Shown one piece after another: positions 50,083 through 62,639 of a DNA stretch of 64,000 nt. This DNA is from Chiloscyllium plagiosum (taxonomy: Eukaryota). A model generated the notes under the pieces. That model was not told the origin of the DNA, searched no databases, and saw nothing but the letters and a program-made list of their open reading frames with translations. Positions within the stretch are counted from its first letter, which is position 1. The number at the start of each line of letters is the position of its first letter. The position numbers and the translations under genes were made by a program. The DNA lies in contig NC_057719.1 in NCBI RefSeq assembly GCF_004010195.1, forward strand, positions 16,417,929 through 16,481,928, read 5' to 3'.

Positions 50083-52014
50083 TTATTGTAAAGCTGCCTG
50101 GTTCATGTATCAAATTAATCTGCCTATCAATGAGCATTGATTTGGTTTGGATGCCTCGAATCAGGCATGCCATCCTGGGAATGCTTTCAACCCTCCTTAG
50201 ACCCACTTACATCACTCCACAGTGCGATAAAATCATAAGGAATAGAAGCCAGAGCAGCCTTTATGGTCCTTGTGCCTACTGCACCATTCCATGGAATCAT
50301 AGCGCATTACCTTCCTTAAGTCTACATTCCCACCATCCCCACACATTCTCTGGTTTCTGTGGTATTTAAAAAATTGTTTTGATCTCAGTCTTGGACGTCC
50401 TCAGTAACTGAACACCTACAGCCCTCTGGAGTAGGGAATACCAGCAATGTACATCCCTATGAGTTCAAAAATTCCATCACAGTCCCAAATTGCTATGCCC
50501 CATAACTCTCACCCTCCATTTTGAGATTTTTTTGCCAGGGGAACAGACTGTCAGCATCTTCCCTTAGCAAGCTGTCTAAAATGTTGTATATTTTAGTGAG
50601 ATCACCATTCAGTCTCTGAGTTCTATAGGATGCAAGTACATTCTGCTAAATTTCTTCACACAGGATAACTACAATATTCCTGGAATAAATCTATTATCAA
50701 AAATGATCTAACCTCAAATGTTTGTTAACTTTTCAGTATATCTATTTTAACTCCATTTACTCCCACAAGTAACAGAATCATTATCTGAGGTGCTGCATAT
50801 CTATACAGCTACAGGTGTGGAGACGTAACGTTGGCAATGAGAAACCAAACAACAGAAATTCTCTTTAAAGATGATATTTGAAGTTGTAGTGTTTCTGATC
50901 ATTGATCTATAGTTTGACTTTCATTGTAATATTTCATGTTAGTTATTTACCTATGTGCAAGCAATTATTTGAATTGAATTTGAATTGAATTCACTGTCAC
51001 GTGTACCGAGGCACAGTGAAAAGCTTTGTCTTGTGAGCAATACAGGCAGATCACAGAGTTAAGTAGCATAGATAGTAAATAATAGGTAAACAGTGACAAA
51101 AAACAAAAACACAGGTACAGGGGAATGTTAAGAGTTTGTGAGTCCATTCAGTATTCAACAGTAGGGTGGAAACTGTTTCGAAACCGGCTGGTGCTTGTGT
51201 TCAGGCTTCTGTACCTTCTGCCCGATGGTAGAGGTTGTGGAAAAACATTGCCAGGGAGGGATGGACCTTTGAGAATGCTGGCGGCCTTTCCTTGACAGCG
51301 GCCCTGGTAGATGGATTCTATAGATGGGAGGTTAACCTTTGTGATTGTCCGGGCTGAGTTCAACACTCTCTGTAACTGTCTTCGATTTGAATGGTACAGT
51401 TGTCATACCAGGTTGTGATGCATCTAGACAGAATGCTCTCGATGGCGCACCTATAAAAGTTGGCAAGGGTATTCGCTGTCATGCCAAATTTCGTCAGCTG
51501 CCTGAGGAAGAAGAGACCTTGTTGGGCCTTTGTAACCAATGCGTCCACATGAAGAGTCCAAGAGTGCTTGTTGTGGATGACCACTCCTAGGAGCTTGACA
51601 CTTTCCACTCATTCCACCTCTGTGCTGTTAATGTGTTGGGAGACATGAATAACATCCCACCGAAAGTCAATATTGAGTTCTCTGGTTTTGTAAGCATTGA
51701 GAGCTAAGTCGTTCTCAGTGCACCATTTTTACAGGTCTTCCACCTCCGGGCTGTAGTCTGTTTTGTCGCCATCTGAGATTCAACTGACTATGGTGGTGTC
51801 ATCAGCTAATGGCATTGTAAATGGCATTAGTCTAGTATTTGGTGATGCAGTCATGGGTATACAGTGTGTACAGTAGTGGGCTGATGCACCCCTGAGGGGG
51901 CTCCAGTGTTGAGTGTTAGTGAAGATGAAATATTGTCCTCAATATTCACTGATTGTGGCCTGTCGGTCAGGAAACTGAGGATCTCGTTGCAGAGACTAGG
52001 GTTTAGTCTGAGAT

Positions 52015-52233
52015 TGAGGTAAAAACAATGACTGCAGATGCTGGAAACCAGATTCTGGATCAGTGGTGCTGGAAAAGCACAGCAATTCAGGCAGCATCCG
52101 ACGAGCAGCAAAATCGACGTTTCGGGCAAAAGCCCTTCATCAGGAATGAAGGGCTTTTGCCCGAAACGTCGATTTTGCTGCTCGTCAGATGCTGCCTGAA
52201 TTGCTGTGCTCTTCCAGCACCACTGATCCAGAA
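52015..52233. mobile_element. Fold-back Penelope-end insertion (89-bp arms) with hammerhead
   Basis: 13-bp TSD tttagtctgagat (52002-52014, 52234-52246). Arms 52052-52140 and 52146-52234 with a 5-nt loop. Confidence 0.92.
52112..52147 (-). ncRNA. Minimal hammerhead ribozyme motif (PLE type)
   Basis: AUUC-CUGAUGA-A-GGGC-UUUU-GCCC-GAAA-CG-UC-GAUU. Canonical CUGAUGA/GAAA core and GUC triplet. Confidence 0.72.
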
Positions 52234-52683
52234 TTTAGTCTGAGATCACTAAGTTTAGTAATCAGTCTCGAGGGGATAATAGTGTTGAAGGCTGAACTGC
52301 AGTCAATGAGTAGGATTGTTATGTAGCTGTTCTTGGTGTCAAGATGTTCTAGGGAGGAGTGAAGGGTAAATGTTATGGCATCTGACATGGAAATGTTGGT
52401 CTGATAGGCAAATTGGAGTGGGTCAAGATTAGTGGGGAGGCTGGAGTTGATTAATGCCTTTCAAAGCACTTCATGACCACAGACGTTAGGGCCACTGGGC
52501 AGTAGTCATTGAGACATGCTGCATGAGCCTTCTTAGGGACAGGGATTATGTTGGCCCTCTTGAAACAGGCAGTGGCCTGCTGTAGGAAGAGGTTGAAGAT
52601 GTCCGAGAAGACCTCTACCAGTTGATCTGCACGTGATCTGATGCATGGACTGGTACTCCAACTGGTCCCATCGCTTTCCTTGG

Positions 52684-52996
52684 ATTAGATTACATTACAG
52701 TGTGGAAACAGGCCCTTCGGCCCAACAAGTCCACACCGACCTGCCGAAGCGCAACCCACCCATACCCCTACATTTACCCCCTTACCTAACACTACAAGCA
52801 ATTTAGCATGGCCAATTCACCTGACCTGCATATCTTTGTGACTGTGGGAGGAAACCGGAGCACCCGGAGGAAACCCACGCAGACACGGGGAGAACGTGCA
52901 AACTCCACACAGTCAGTCGCCTGAGGCGGGAATTGAACCCGGGTCTCTGGTGCTGTGAGGCAGCAGTGCTAACCACTGTGCCACCGTGCCACCCAC
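52684..52996 (-). mobile_element. HE1-type V-SINE, young
   Basis: Near-exact reverse complement of 58341-58645. Confidence 0.93.
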
Positions 52997-55900
52997 AAAG
53001 GATTCACACAAAGGAAAACGGATCTGATCTCTGATGCAATGACTGTTGGGATAGGTTCATCAGGACTTGTCGGAATAGGTGCTATCTCTCTGCCGAAATT
53101 CTGCTCAAAGCAAGCATAGAAGGCATTGAGACGATCTAGGAGGGATGTGTCATCGTCTGCTATCTTGCACTGTCTCTTTTTAGAACCTGTGATGTCATTC
53201 AGTCCTTGCCATAGTCACCAGGTGTCTGTCTGGGTCCCTATTTGCATTGGTATTGGTCCTTGGCTGTCTTAATGGCTCTGCGAAGATCATACTTGGATTG
53301 CTTATATTTAAGTGAGTCTCCTGATCTGAAGGTCTTACATCTGGTTTTTAGCAAGTTCTGTATGTCCTGATTAATCCAGGACAGACCTGGATAGACTTCC
53401 TCGGTATGCAGTCCTCCACACACTTGTGACAGTGGTGGCGCACTTGTCCAAGGTACCTACAGACTGTTTGAACATGAGGGGGGTCTCCTGCTTGAGCTTT
53501 TGCCTGTAAGCTGGGAGAAGAAACACGGCATTGCAGTTGGAGTTCCCGAAATGAGGGCAGGGGATGGAGCGGTAGGCATCTTTCACGGTGGTGTAGCAGT
53601 GGTCTAAAATGTTCAGGGCCCTGGTGGGGCAGATAATGTTCTGGTGGTACTTGGGCAGCACCTTCCTTAGATTAGCTTGGTTGAAGTTGCCAGTTACAAT
53701 AAACAACCTCGGGATATTCCATCTCCATGGTATTAGTAGTGGAGTACAGCACATCCTGAGCTTCCTCAAACTTTGCTTGTGGCGGTATGTACTCAGCAGT
53801 TAGTATAGCAGCAGTAAATTATTAACATATTAATAAAATATACAAACTGCTTATCAAAATGTTTTTGCAAACCATCCTTTAATTCATCCAGCCCCTTTTA
53901 CACCATTATATGTACCATTTTAGTTAAGACAGTTTTTTCTATATATTATTGTATTTTCTCGGTTCAAACAGATCAAAACTCTGGAATATCCTCCTTAAAA
54001 AGTATTAACTAGATAGGATCAAAGTTCAATGCTCCGTGGTAAAATATTTTTAAAATCTTTTAATCACTACTTATGCTTTTGGTGTGGTTTCCTAATCCTG
54101 AAATTAATCCCTTCACATCTTCAATCTAAAAAAATCTCTCATCTTGTTTAAGGCATGCCAGTTTTGTGCTCAAATCCATTGATTTTCTATTTGTGGTTGA
54201 AGTTAACTAATCTAGTTACATCCGTCTTTCAGCATTCTAAAGATCTAAATTTATATTCTGTTCAATTATCTTTTCACCATTGTAAACATACATAATTCTC
54301 AGAGTCTGTTTTCAGAATGTGTAACCTTAGAAAGATAGAAATGAGAATTGGTGATTTATCCCCCTCTAGACGGTTTGGTGATGTAATGAGATTATGGACG
54401 ATGCCCCACACACTCCTTTGCCCCATATTCATACTACTTATGGTTAACAAAAATCTATCAATCTCAGATTTAAAACTTACAACTGATCTCACATTAATGG
54501 CCAAGGGAAATCCAAATATTATATGTCGGTGTTTCCTGTCTTCATGTCAGAAATTTCCAATGTATAGGCTCTAGTCCCAAGTCAAAATTCCCCAACCAGC
54601 TGGAATAGTTTCTCTCTCCCAAACTTATCAATTCCTCTGAATATTTTGAGAACTGCAACTGATCATTATTTAAGCATCTAAAGTCCAGTGAATACAATGT
54701 TAGTTTCTACCCTTTCTCCTCAGAATTTCACTCTTGGAGGTTAGGTATCATTCTAGAAGTCCAATACATCCTTCCAGAACTGTGACAGCTAGAACTGAAG
54801 GCAGATCTCCACAATGATGTGACCAGGACTTTATACAATGTGTATTATCAAATCAATTCTAGTCCTTTGTATTTTAGTCCCCTGGATAGAAAGCTCAACA
54901 TGCCATTAGCATTTTCTGTTCCTGTCCATGTCATTTTAATGACCTATGTAAATAATCTTTGCATCTCCACTCTTCCTAATTTTTCATTTGTTCTTTTCAG
55001 ATCTAAGGTGGGTGACCTCCCAATTATCAACAAAGCAAAGCGATCACCCAGTTTACTGTTTGGTCTCACCAGTGTAAAGAAGAACACCTCCACTCTCTCA
55101 GTAAGAATGACCGTGACCTTCCAGTTATTTACTATTCCAAGAAACCAACTTTCTCCAATTCGAGCCAACTCTAGATTGTAATGGGGCCTACAGGTAATGG
55201 ACAACAATTGGCTCATTAATTAACATCATACTATCACTGACTGGAAAACTGCTCCAATCCCCTCAGCCGTCTGACTCAACTGGAGGACGAAACTGATGCC
55301 AAACATCTTCCACAATTGACGGGACTGGCTGCAGAAAATCCATCCCTTCATAGCTGTTTCATGCTTTTCCCCATCAAATGTGGCACTTAACTTGATTATA
55401 TTATGGCTGCAATTTCTTGGGACTTGACTGCACCAGTCAGGCAGCCCCTGACTAAGGGAGGGATTTCTAGTGAAAGTGGGTGTTGCCCTGTTGTCAATCT
55501 AAACTTTGCTGCCACCTGTGGGTCATTCCCAATTCCACAGGGAGTCCATTAGGAGTCACCAGGCGAACTGTCCACTTAGCAGTGATCCATATGCCACTGA
55601 TAAAATGCCAGCGAGAGGCCCTTAATTGGCTGTTTTAAGTGACATAGTTGGCTTTTGGGAGGATGGGTCATCCTCCACCTTCCCAGTCACTAGCCAAATG
55701 CGATTATAGTGGGCAGTGATAAGCAATTCATTGTCCCCAACTGTACCCCCCCCACCACTCCCCCACTCCCTCACCATTTTCTGCAGATCCTACCAAGCAT
55801 CCTATTCTTAAAGGGCTAGTAAAATCCAGCTCAGATAGTCAATATTATTTGTCTTGACATCAATAAATGACCATGAGAGGCATTCTCATATCTGTGAGAT

Positions 55901-56070
55901 TGTCCGGTCCATGGACATCAAGTCAGGATCAGGCACAATTGAGATCCTCTCATGGTTAAACAGCCTGCCACCAACACCCATGAAATGAAGGCACATGTGC
56001 AAGTTATTCTGTGTGTTAGTAAAGAAATTGGGTGAAAACAAAACAAAAAAGGGAAATAGTCTTTCCAACA

Positions 56071-57620
56071 GCAAGTTTTGAGAAGATTTGTAGCTCAGGT
56101 TGAGATTCTGGATGTAATTTTGCTTGCTGAGATGAAAGGTACATTTTCAGATGTTTCATCATGATACTAGGTCACATCATCAGTGAGGATCTGGTGAAGC
56201 ACTGGTTTCTATTCATCTGTTTAGGTTTCCTTGGGTTGGTGATGTCATTTCCTGTGGTGATGTAGTTCCTGTTTCTTTCTCTCAGAGGTTGGTAAATGGG
56301 GTCCAAATCATTGCGTTTGTTGATAGAGTTCCAGTTGGAATGCCATGCTTCTAGGAATTCTTGTGCGTGTCACTGTTTGGTTTGTCCTAGGATGGATGTG
56401 TTGTCCCAGTTGAAGTGGTGTCCTTCTTCATCTGTATGTAAGGATACTAGTGAGAGTGGCTAGTTGATGTTCATGTATCCTGGTGGTTTTCTGCCTGTTT
56501 GTCCAATGGAGTGTTTGTTACAGTTCTTGCAAGGTATTTTGTAAATGACATTAGTTTGCTTGTTGTCTGTATGGGGTCTTTCAAGTTCATTAGTTGCTGT
56601 TTTAGTGTGTTGGTGGGTTTGTGGGCTACCATGATGCCAAGAGGTCTAAGTAGTCTGGCAGTCATTTCTGAGATGTCTTTGATGTAGGGGAGAGTGGCTA
56701 GGGTTTCTGGACATGTTTTGTCTGCTTGTTTGGATTTGTTGCTGAGAAATCGGCGGGCTGTATTCATTGGGTCCCTGTTCTTTTTGAATACGCTGTATAG
56801 GTGATTTTCCTCTGCTCTTTGTAGTTCCTCTGCACTGCAGTGTGGGGGGACTCATTGAAATAATGTTCTAATGCAGCTTTATTTGTGGATGTTGGGATGA
56901 TTGCTTCTGTAATTCAGTATTTGATCCGTATGTGTTATTTTCCTGTAGATGCTGGTTTGAAGTTTCCCACTAGCTGTTCACTCTACTGTGACATCTAGGA
57001 ATGTCCCCTATGTTAAAGACAAATCAGAAATGACTGCCAGACTACTCAAACCTCTAGACCTCTTGACATCATGGAAGCCCACAAACTCATCAACACAATA
57101 AAACAGCAGCTAATGAACTTGAAAGACCCCATATAGACAACAAGCAAAACTAATGTCATTTACAAAATACCTTGCAAGAACTATAACAAACACTATACTA
57201 GATAAACAGGCAGAAAATAGCCACCAGGAAATATGAACATCAACTATCCATAAAAAGACATGAACCACTCTCACTAGTATCCTTACATACAGATGAAGAA
57301 GGACACCACTTTGACTGGGACAACACATTTATCCTAGGGCAAGCCAAACAGAAACATGCAGAATAATTCAGAGAAGCGTGGCATACCAACCAAAACTCTA
57401 TCAACAAACACATTAACTTGGACCCCATTTACCACCATCTGAGAAAAAAGAACAGGAAATGACATCACCACAGGAAATGAAATCACCAACCCAAGGAAAC
57501 CTAAACACATAAATAGAAAGTGGATCACTAACACCAGTGCTTCACCGGAGGCTTACTAATAATGTTACCTAGTATGGTGGTGTAATGTCTGAAAATGAAC
57601 TTTCCAGCAAACTTACATCC
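56071..57620. mobile_element. Penelope element: inverted pair of 5'-truncated copies
   Basis: Minus copy ATLPYIKDISEMTARLLRPLGIMVAHKPTNTLKQQL...KDP followed by a VIYKIPC-type GIY-YIG segment. Plus copy from about 57004. Degenerate TSD agtctttccaaca/agtcttttcaata. Confidence 0.87.
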
Positions 57621-58340
57621 AGTCTTTTCAATAATGAGAACAAGTGTTGCTTGATCAAAATGTTCAAACAGTGGGTGTCTGGAATTCACTGTTTGATTTA
57701 CTGGTGGAGGCAGAGATCCTAAACTCTTTTAAAAAGTACCTGGATCTGCACCTTACGTGCTGTAGGCTGCAGAACTACGGGCCATGTGTAGGAAGGTGGA
57801 ATTACAACGGGCACCTGGGTGTCTCTGGGTCAGCATGGACAAGGTGGGCTGAGTGGCCCCTTCTGTACTGTATTATTTCTGTGGTCCAAAAATGTTTGTC
57901 TTTTATGTTACATTGCAACACAAAAATAAAGACATCTCAGCTATGGATCTTCCATTGATCAATGTGATATTTTATGATTTTACCATTCTTGAAAAAGTAA
58001 GCCAAAGGATAGGTCCTCTACATAAAGTGGATATATTCAAAACCTATCAGTGGGTACAGTATTTTCATGAGCATGGTGATAAATCTCTAGATTTGACTCC
58101 CTGGGAATATGGTGAAAGCAGTTTGTAGTTCAAATCCAAGTGAGAGATGTTAACGTCATGGGTTAAAATTTACCAGTGACTTGAGATATGACCTGTGATA
58201 AATGTAGCTTGCTTTGAAGAAATAAAGGTGTCCTTACAGTTATAATGGTCCCCAAAACTGTTTTCTTGTCTCGTTCCTGAGTCATTGTAGACTGATTAGT
58301 AGAGATTGATTGTTATAATCAGTCAATAATTCCCATTTGT

Positions 58341-58645
58341 GGGCGGCACGGTGGCACGTGGTTAGCACTGCTGCCTCACAGCGCCAGAGACTCGGGTTCA
58401 ATTCCCGCCTCAGGCGACTGACTGTGTGGAGTTTGCACGTTCTCCCTGTGTCTGCGTGGGTTTCCTCCGGGCGCTCCGGTTTCCTCCCACAGTCCAAAGA
58501 TATGCAGGGTCAGGTGAATTGGCCATACTAAATTGCCCGTAGTGTTAGGTAAGGGGTAAATGTAGGGGTATGGGTGGGTTTCGCTTCGGCGGGTCGGTGT
58601 GGACTTGTTGGGCCGAAGGGCCTGTTTCCACACTGTAATCTAATC
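58341..58645 (+). mobile_element. HE1-type V-SINE, young
   Basis: tRNA-derived head with A/B-box-like motifs, V-core, CR1-derived tail, and many intact CpGs. Confidence 0.93.
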
Positions 58646-60559
58646 ATTATTACTGAATAATGTGACTTTCCACAAGGTAGAATATGAATGAGATGGAGTT
58701 TGAGCTTTTTAGTATCTCATAGTTCTTATATTTATCTTTTTCTAAAAGGCCTAAATTATCCATGCTGTGGGTTTTTGAATTTGGCTGGATTATCAACATT
58801 GGAATTGGATGAAGGATGAGATTGGGGAAGAAAGAAATAAAATAATTTAATTTATACAGCACCACAAAATACCAACTCGGTGGTTGACACCTTGTGAGAT
58901 ACACAGGAAGAAAGTAATAAGGAAGTCATCAAAACTGCTCTTCCTTCCAACTGATTGAAACATGATGTTGAAAAATACTGGGTCTGAGCAACTGCCTATT
59001 CTTTCAGCTTGTAAATGGTGTAGGACATGGTGGCAATAATAAAGAATACAATCAATCAGTCTTGCAAACATGTCTAGGCTGTGTGGTAGGTATTTAGTCA
59101 CAGAGTATGCACATAAAACTGAAGGTTTGTAACTGAGGAGGTGGAATAAAGGTGTAACAGAGTCTTAGGTCTTTGGCTGTGTTAAAGACATTACTGGAAC
59201 CACATGATTGTGTTAAATTACCCTTAACCATTCCCGGCACCATGTACTATCATTTAAAATACACCTTATGCAATCTGTTTATTGCTTTTAGAAAACCCAC
59301 TTAGTTTTACCTTGGAATTAAGATTGAACTAAATCCACTGTGTTCTACAGTCTACTACTTATGGATTTAATACACATAATTAAGACTTCTGTCGTCAAGA
59401 TGATTTACTTCACTGCAATTTAAGTTTAATTATCTGCACAGCTGCAATTTTGACTCATATTTAGAAATGCTTTACAACATGTCCATTTTTAGGTGTCTTG
59501 TTCTTTTCAAAGACGATTGAATGTTATGAAATTCCTAACACCCTCTGCACCTTCCTCCCATACACACATTCCTCATTGTTCTTTGATACCAAGTTTTCTA
59601 TTCCTCAAGCATTAAAATGGCCAACCATTCTAAAAAGAAATGGCCTGATGATGTTGGCTCCCCTCACTTTCATTGTGGAAACATCTTTTTAATTGAAGGG
59701 ATTGCCTGTTGTGTCGTGACTTGGAAGATCAATGACCTCCTACTTCACTACACCATATAGAAATTCAGGAATGTTAGATTTTCCTGAATGCTGTTCCACT
59801 CTCATGATTACACTCCAGTTTAAGGCTGATTGGAAGAAATGGAATCCAAAACCTTTTTCTTCTTTTTTGTTTCTGAGTATAAAATCTGAAGTCAGCCATC
59901 AAGAATGACTTTTGATCTGTATGTTTATCAATGGTTTTATTGTTTTTCTCAGTGCTGGTAGATACAGTATCCATGTAGTGTATGATGTGAGTTTGCCTTC
60001 TGTAGGATGTTTTCCTTGATTCAGCAATGCTTACATTATTTTATGTAATATGAGAAACCAAGTTCAGACATCAGACATTTATTACAACTAACATTTTATT
60101 GTTCAGGCACACAAGTATCTAATATTAAGCAATTTATAACAACAGAACAGCATGATACCAGAAGAGTGTCATTCTTCAACTGATCTGAGGTAAGATGGGG
60201 TATGAGAACTTTATACCCTTATGTCATTTGCTATGATACAATGGTGATATCATGAGTGTATCTCTTGAAGGTTTACTAACCTTGAGACATAACATAACAG
60301 GATATGTTGATTTCTGCTTTTAACTTGAACAAAATAACATTCTATACATTCAGCATCTCTATTAAACATTAAAAATTTTAAACTCTAACATTTTTCTTCT
60401 GGTTTGATGCTTAGCTTGCAATTTACTTTTCAGTAATTTGTGACCTTGGAGGAACTTTGACTGTTGTGTTCATTCAAAACACAACTGAATGCAAATAAGA
60501 ACACAACTATTTGGCAATGTAAGCAGCTTGTTGGCATTGTCTTCACAGACCTGTCCATT

Positions 60560-61000
60560 TGGAGTCAGTTCTTGTCTGAGCAAGATGTACCAGCTGTTGT
60601 ACAGTTGGCAACACTTACCCTTTTGAGACAAGAGTCCAGATTGAAATTCCCTCCTTAAACTATAGACTGCCACTTGAGTGAAGAGGGGAGGCTGCATTGT
60701 CAAAAATACTGTCTTTTGATGTCGGCTATACCGAGGCCCATCTTCCTATTTGAGTGGATGTAAAGGATTCCATGGTATTATTGTGTGGAAGAGCAGGGAG
60801 TTATCCTCAGTGTCCTGGCCAATAATTATACTTCAAGAAAAATCACAAAACTAGATTAAATTGTCATTAACATATTACTGCTGTTGGGAGTTTTCTGTGT
60901 GCAAATTGACAGCTACTTTCAAACAGTGACTAGCTCTCAAAAAGTGTTTAATTGGCTCTCATCTGCTTTAGCTATGAAAAGTGCAATATAAATGCAATTT
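60560..61000 (+). mobile_element. Deu-domain SINE (SacSINE1/AmnSINE-like), old
   Basis: gtggatgtaaaggattccatggtatta...gaagagcagggagttatcctcagtgtcctggccaataatt matches my recollection of the Deu-domain core. Confidence 0.6.
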
Positions 61001-62639
61001 GTTTTACAATAATTCTATGATGCAGCAGTTCTTTTCTGCCATTAGATGGAGTTTCATGTACTCCACTTTCAAGTGCAGCATTTAGAAACCTAAAATTATC
61101 ATATTAGAGTCTTTATACCTCTGCAGTTTTCAGACACAAAAACTATATATTATCTGTTTTGCTTGGGTACAGTCTTTGAGGTATCATTGTCTGACCCCAT
61201 TTAGGTGCAGCTTCTAACTGCTCTGCTCTGATACTCCCACAATTGGTTGTTCAAGCACCCTCAACCCTCACTCCAATGATTGCTCTCAACACAGGACTCT
61301 GCCTTCCAACTACTTCTGGAAAGTGAATGTGCTCTTCCATGCTGAATTGATTAGTTCTTGACTGTCAGTCAAACAGACTTCCATCCACTTCTCCGAAGGC
61401 ATTTACCACTAACAGAAGAAGTTGTCAAAGCATTTAAAAAAACCTTGTTTTATTCCAATACCCCAATGATTTTTAACCAAGACTGCTGGTAGCAGGAAGA
61501 CTCCAGGAGGGTTGGGAGCCTGACTGCTTCCTCTGCCTCCCTTTAGCCAGAGCGAAGAACTGAGAGCCCAATTTCATGAGTGTAATTCTCCGAGTCTGCT
61601 GCTGAATTATAGATACTGGATTTAGACATTTCAGGTGCTCAGTGGCAGATCTCCTGCAATTAAAATTGAAACCAGTCAGATCTGAACGAGTTCTATTTTC
61701 CTCGCTTTCTGGAGCTGCTTTTGGACATTCTCCAATTAAATCTGAAAGCCAGAGTACTGGAGCTCTACCCTTCAGCTAATGCTTTCCCATCTTGACTGTG
61801 AACAGCAGCTAAAAGGAAGATAAAAGGAGATGGGTTACGGACGGTTGCTGCACCACTCCCTCAGGACCATTTCTGTCATGTAAAAATACCATATGGTGTG
61901 TCTGTTAATGCATGAGCCTGAATCCTCACAGTTGCTGACTGTAATGCTCCAGCAACTCAATCAAAGAGAGGGGAGAAAATGCAGGATACAGATACACAAA
62001 ACAAATCACCCAAGACTGAACACTGAGAGTCTCTGAGCAGGTCGTTGTGTGAAATCTTACAAGCATCAGCCATGAATGACTTACATCTGTTGACAACTGG
62101 CAGCTGTTTATGTATGTGGATTTCACATTTGCATAACATTACACAAGCATCCATAGCCTTTGGGTCTGGTGATCAGATCTCTCGCTGAAACAAACAGGAA
62201 CAGAAATTGCTGGAGAAACTCAGCAGGTCTGACTTAATGATGCTGAGACATGAATGATCTGTGAGTCTCATTCTGAAGCAGGACTGAATTTAACACTCCC
62301 AATGCAGCCTGCTGTCATCACAACGAAGTATCATCTTGATGTCAGCTTCTTGTCATTTTGAATTAGCTAATTATTGCCCATTAATGCTACGAACAGTACA
62401 TTTGACTGAAGGAACATGCCCCCAAGATGGGAATATAGTCTGTGCACATCAAACATGTCAGACATGAAACTTGATATGTTTTTTTTCCCAGTCTCTGGAA
62501 AGGGAAGATGTGAAACATGGAGGTGAGTTCATGCCTGGCTTTAGCAGGAAAAGCTGCTGAAAGGCATTCAATCGTGAAATCTTTGGTGTGTATGCACATC
62601 TGAATATAATCAGGGCTTTCCCTCATTATAATACCTGCT

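Larger units (their letters stand above)
50970..53816 (-). mobile_element. Rex1/Babar-type non-LTR retrotransposon, degenerate, with two nested insertions
   Basis: Endonuclease GNFNQANLRKVLPKYHQ...LDHCYT (53371..53769). [16 protein letters not shown] and LNTGAP. C-terminal NFYRCAIESILSRCITTWY. (ttcaa)-type 3' tail near 50970. Confidence 0.82.

Noticed and set aside
54819..55216. Overlapping ORFs of 120 aa (plus) and 90 aa (minus)
   Set aside because: The first part lies in decayed LINE sequence and no domain is recognisable. Retained only as a candidate non-coding exon.
58341..58415. tRNA-like sequence with A/B boxes (also at 13415, 15311 and 52920-52996)
   Set aside because: These are tRNA-derived heads of HE1 SINEs continuing into the V-core and LINE tail, not tRNA genes.
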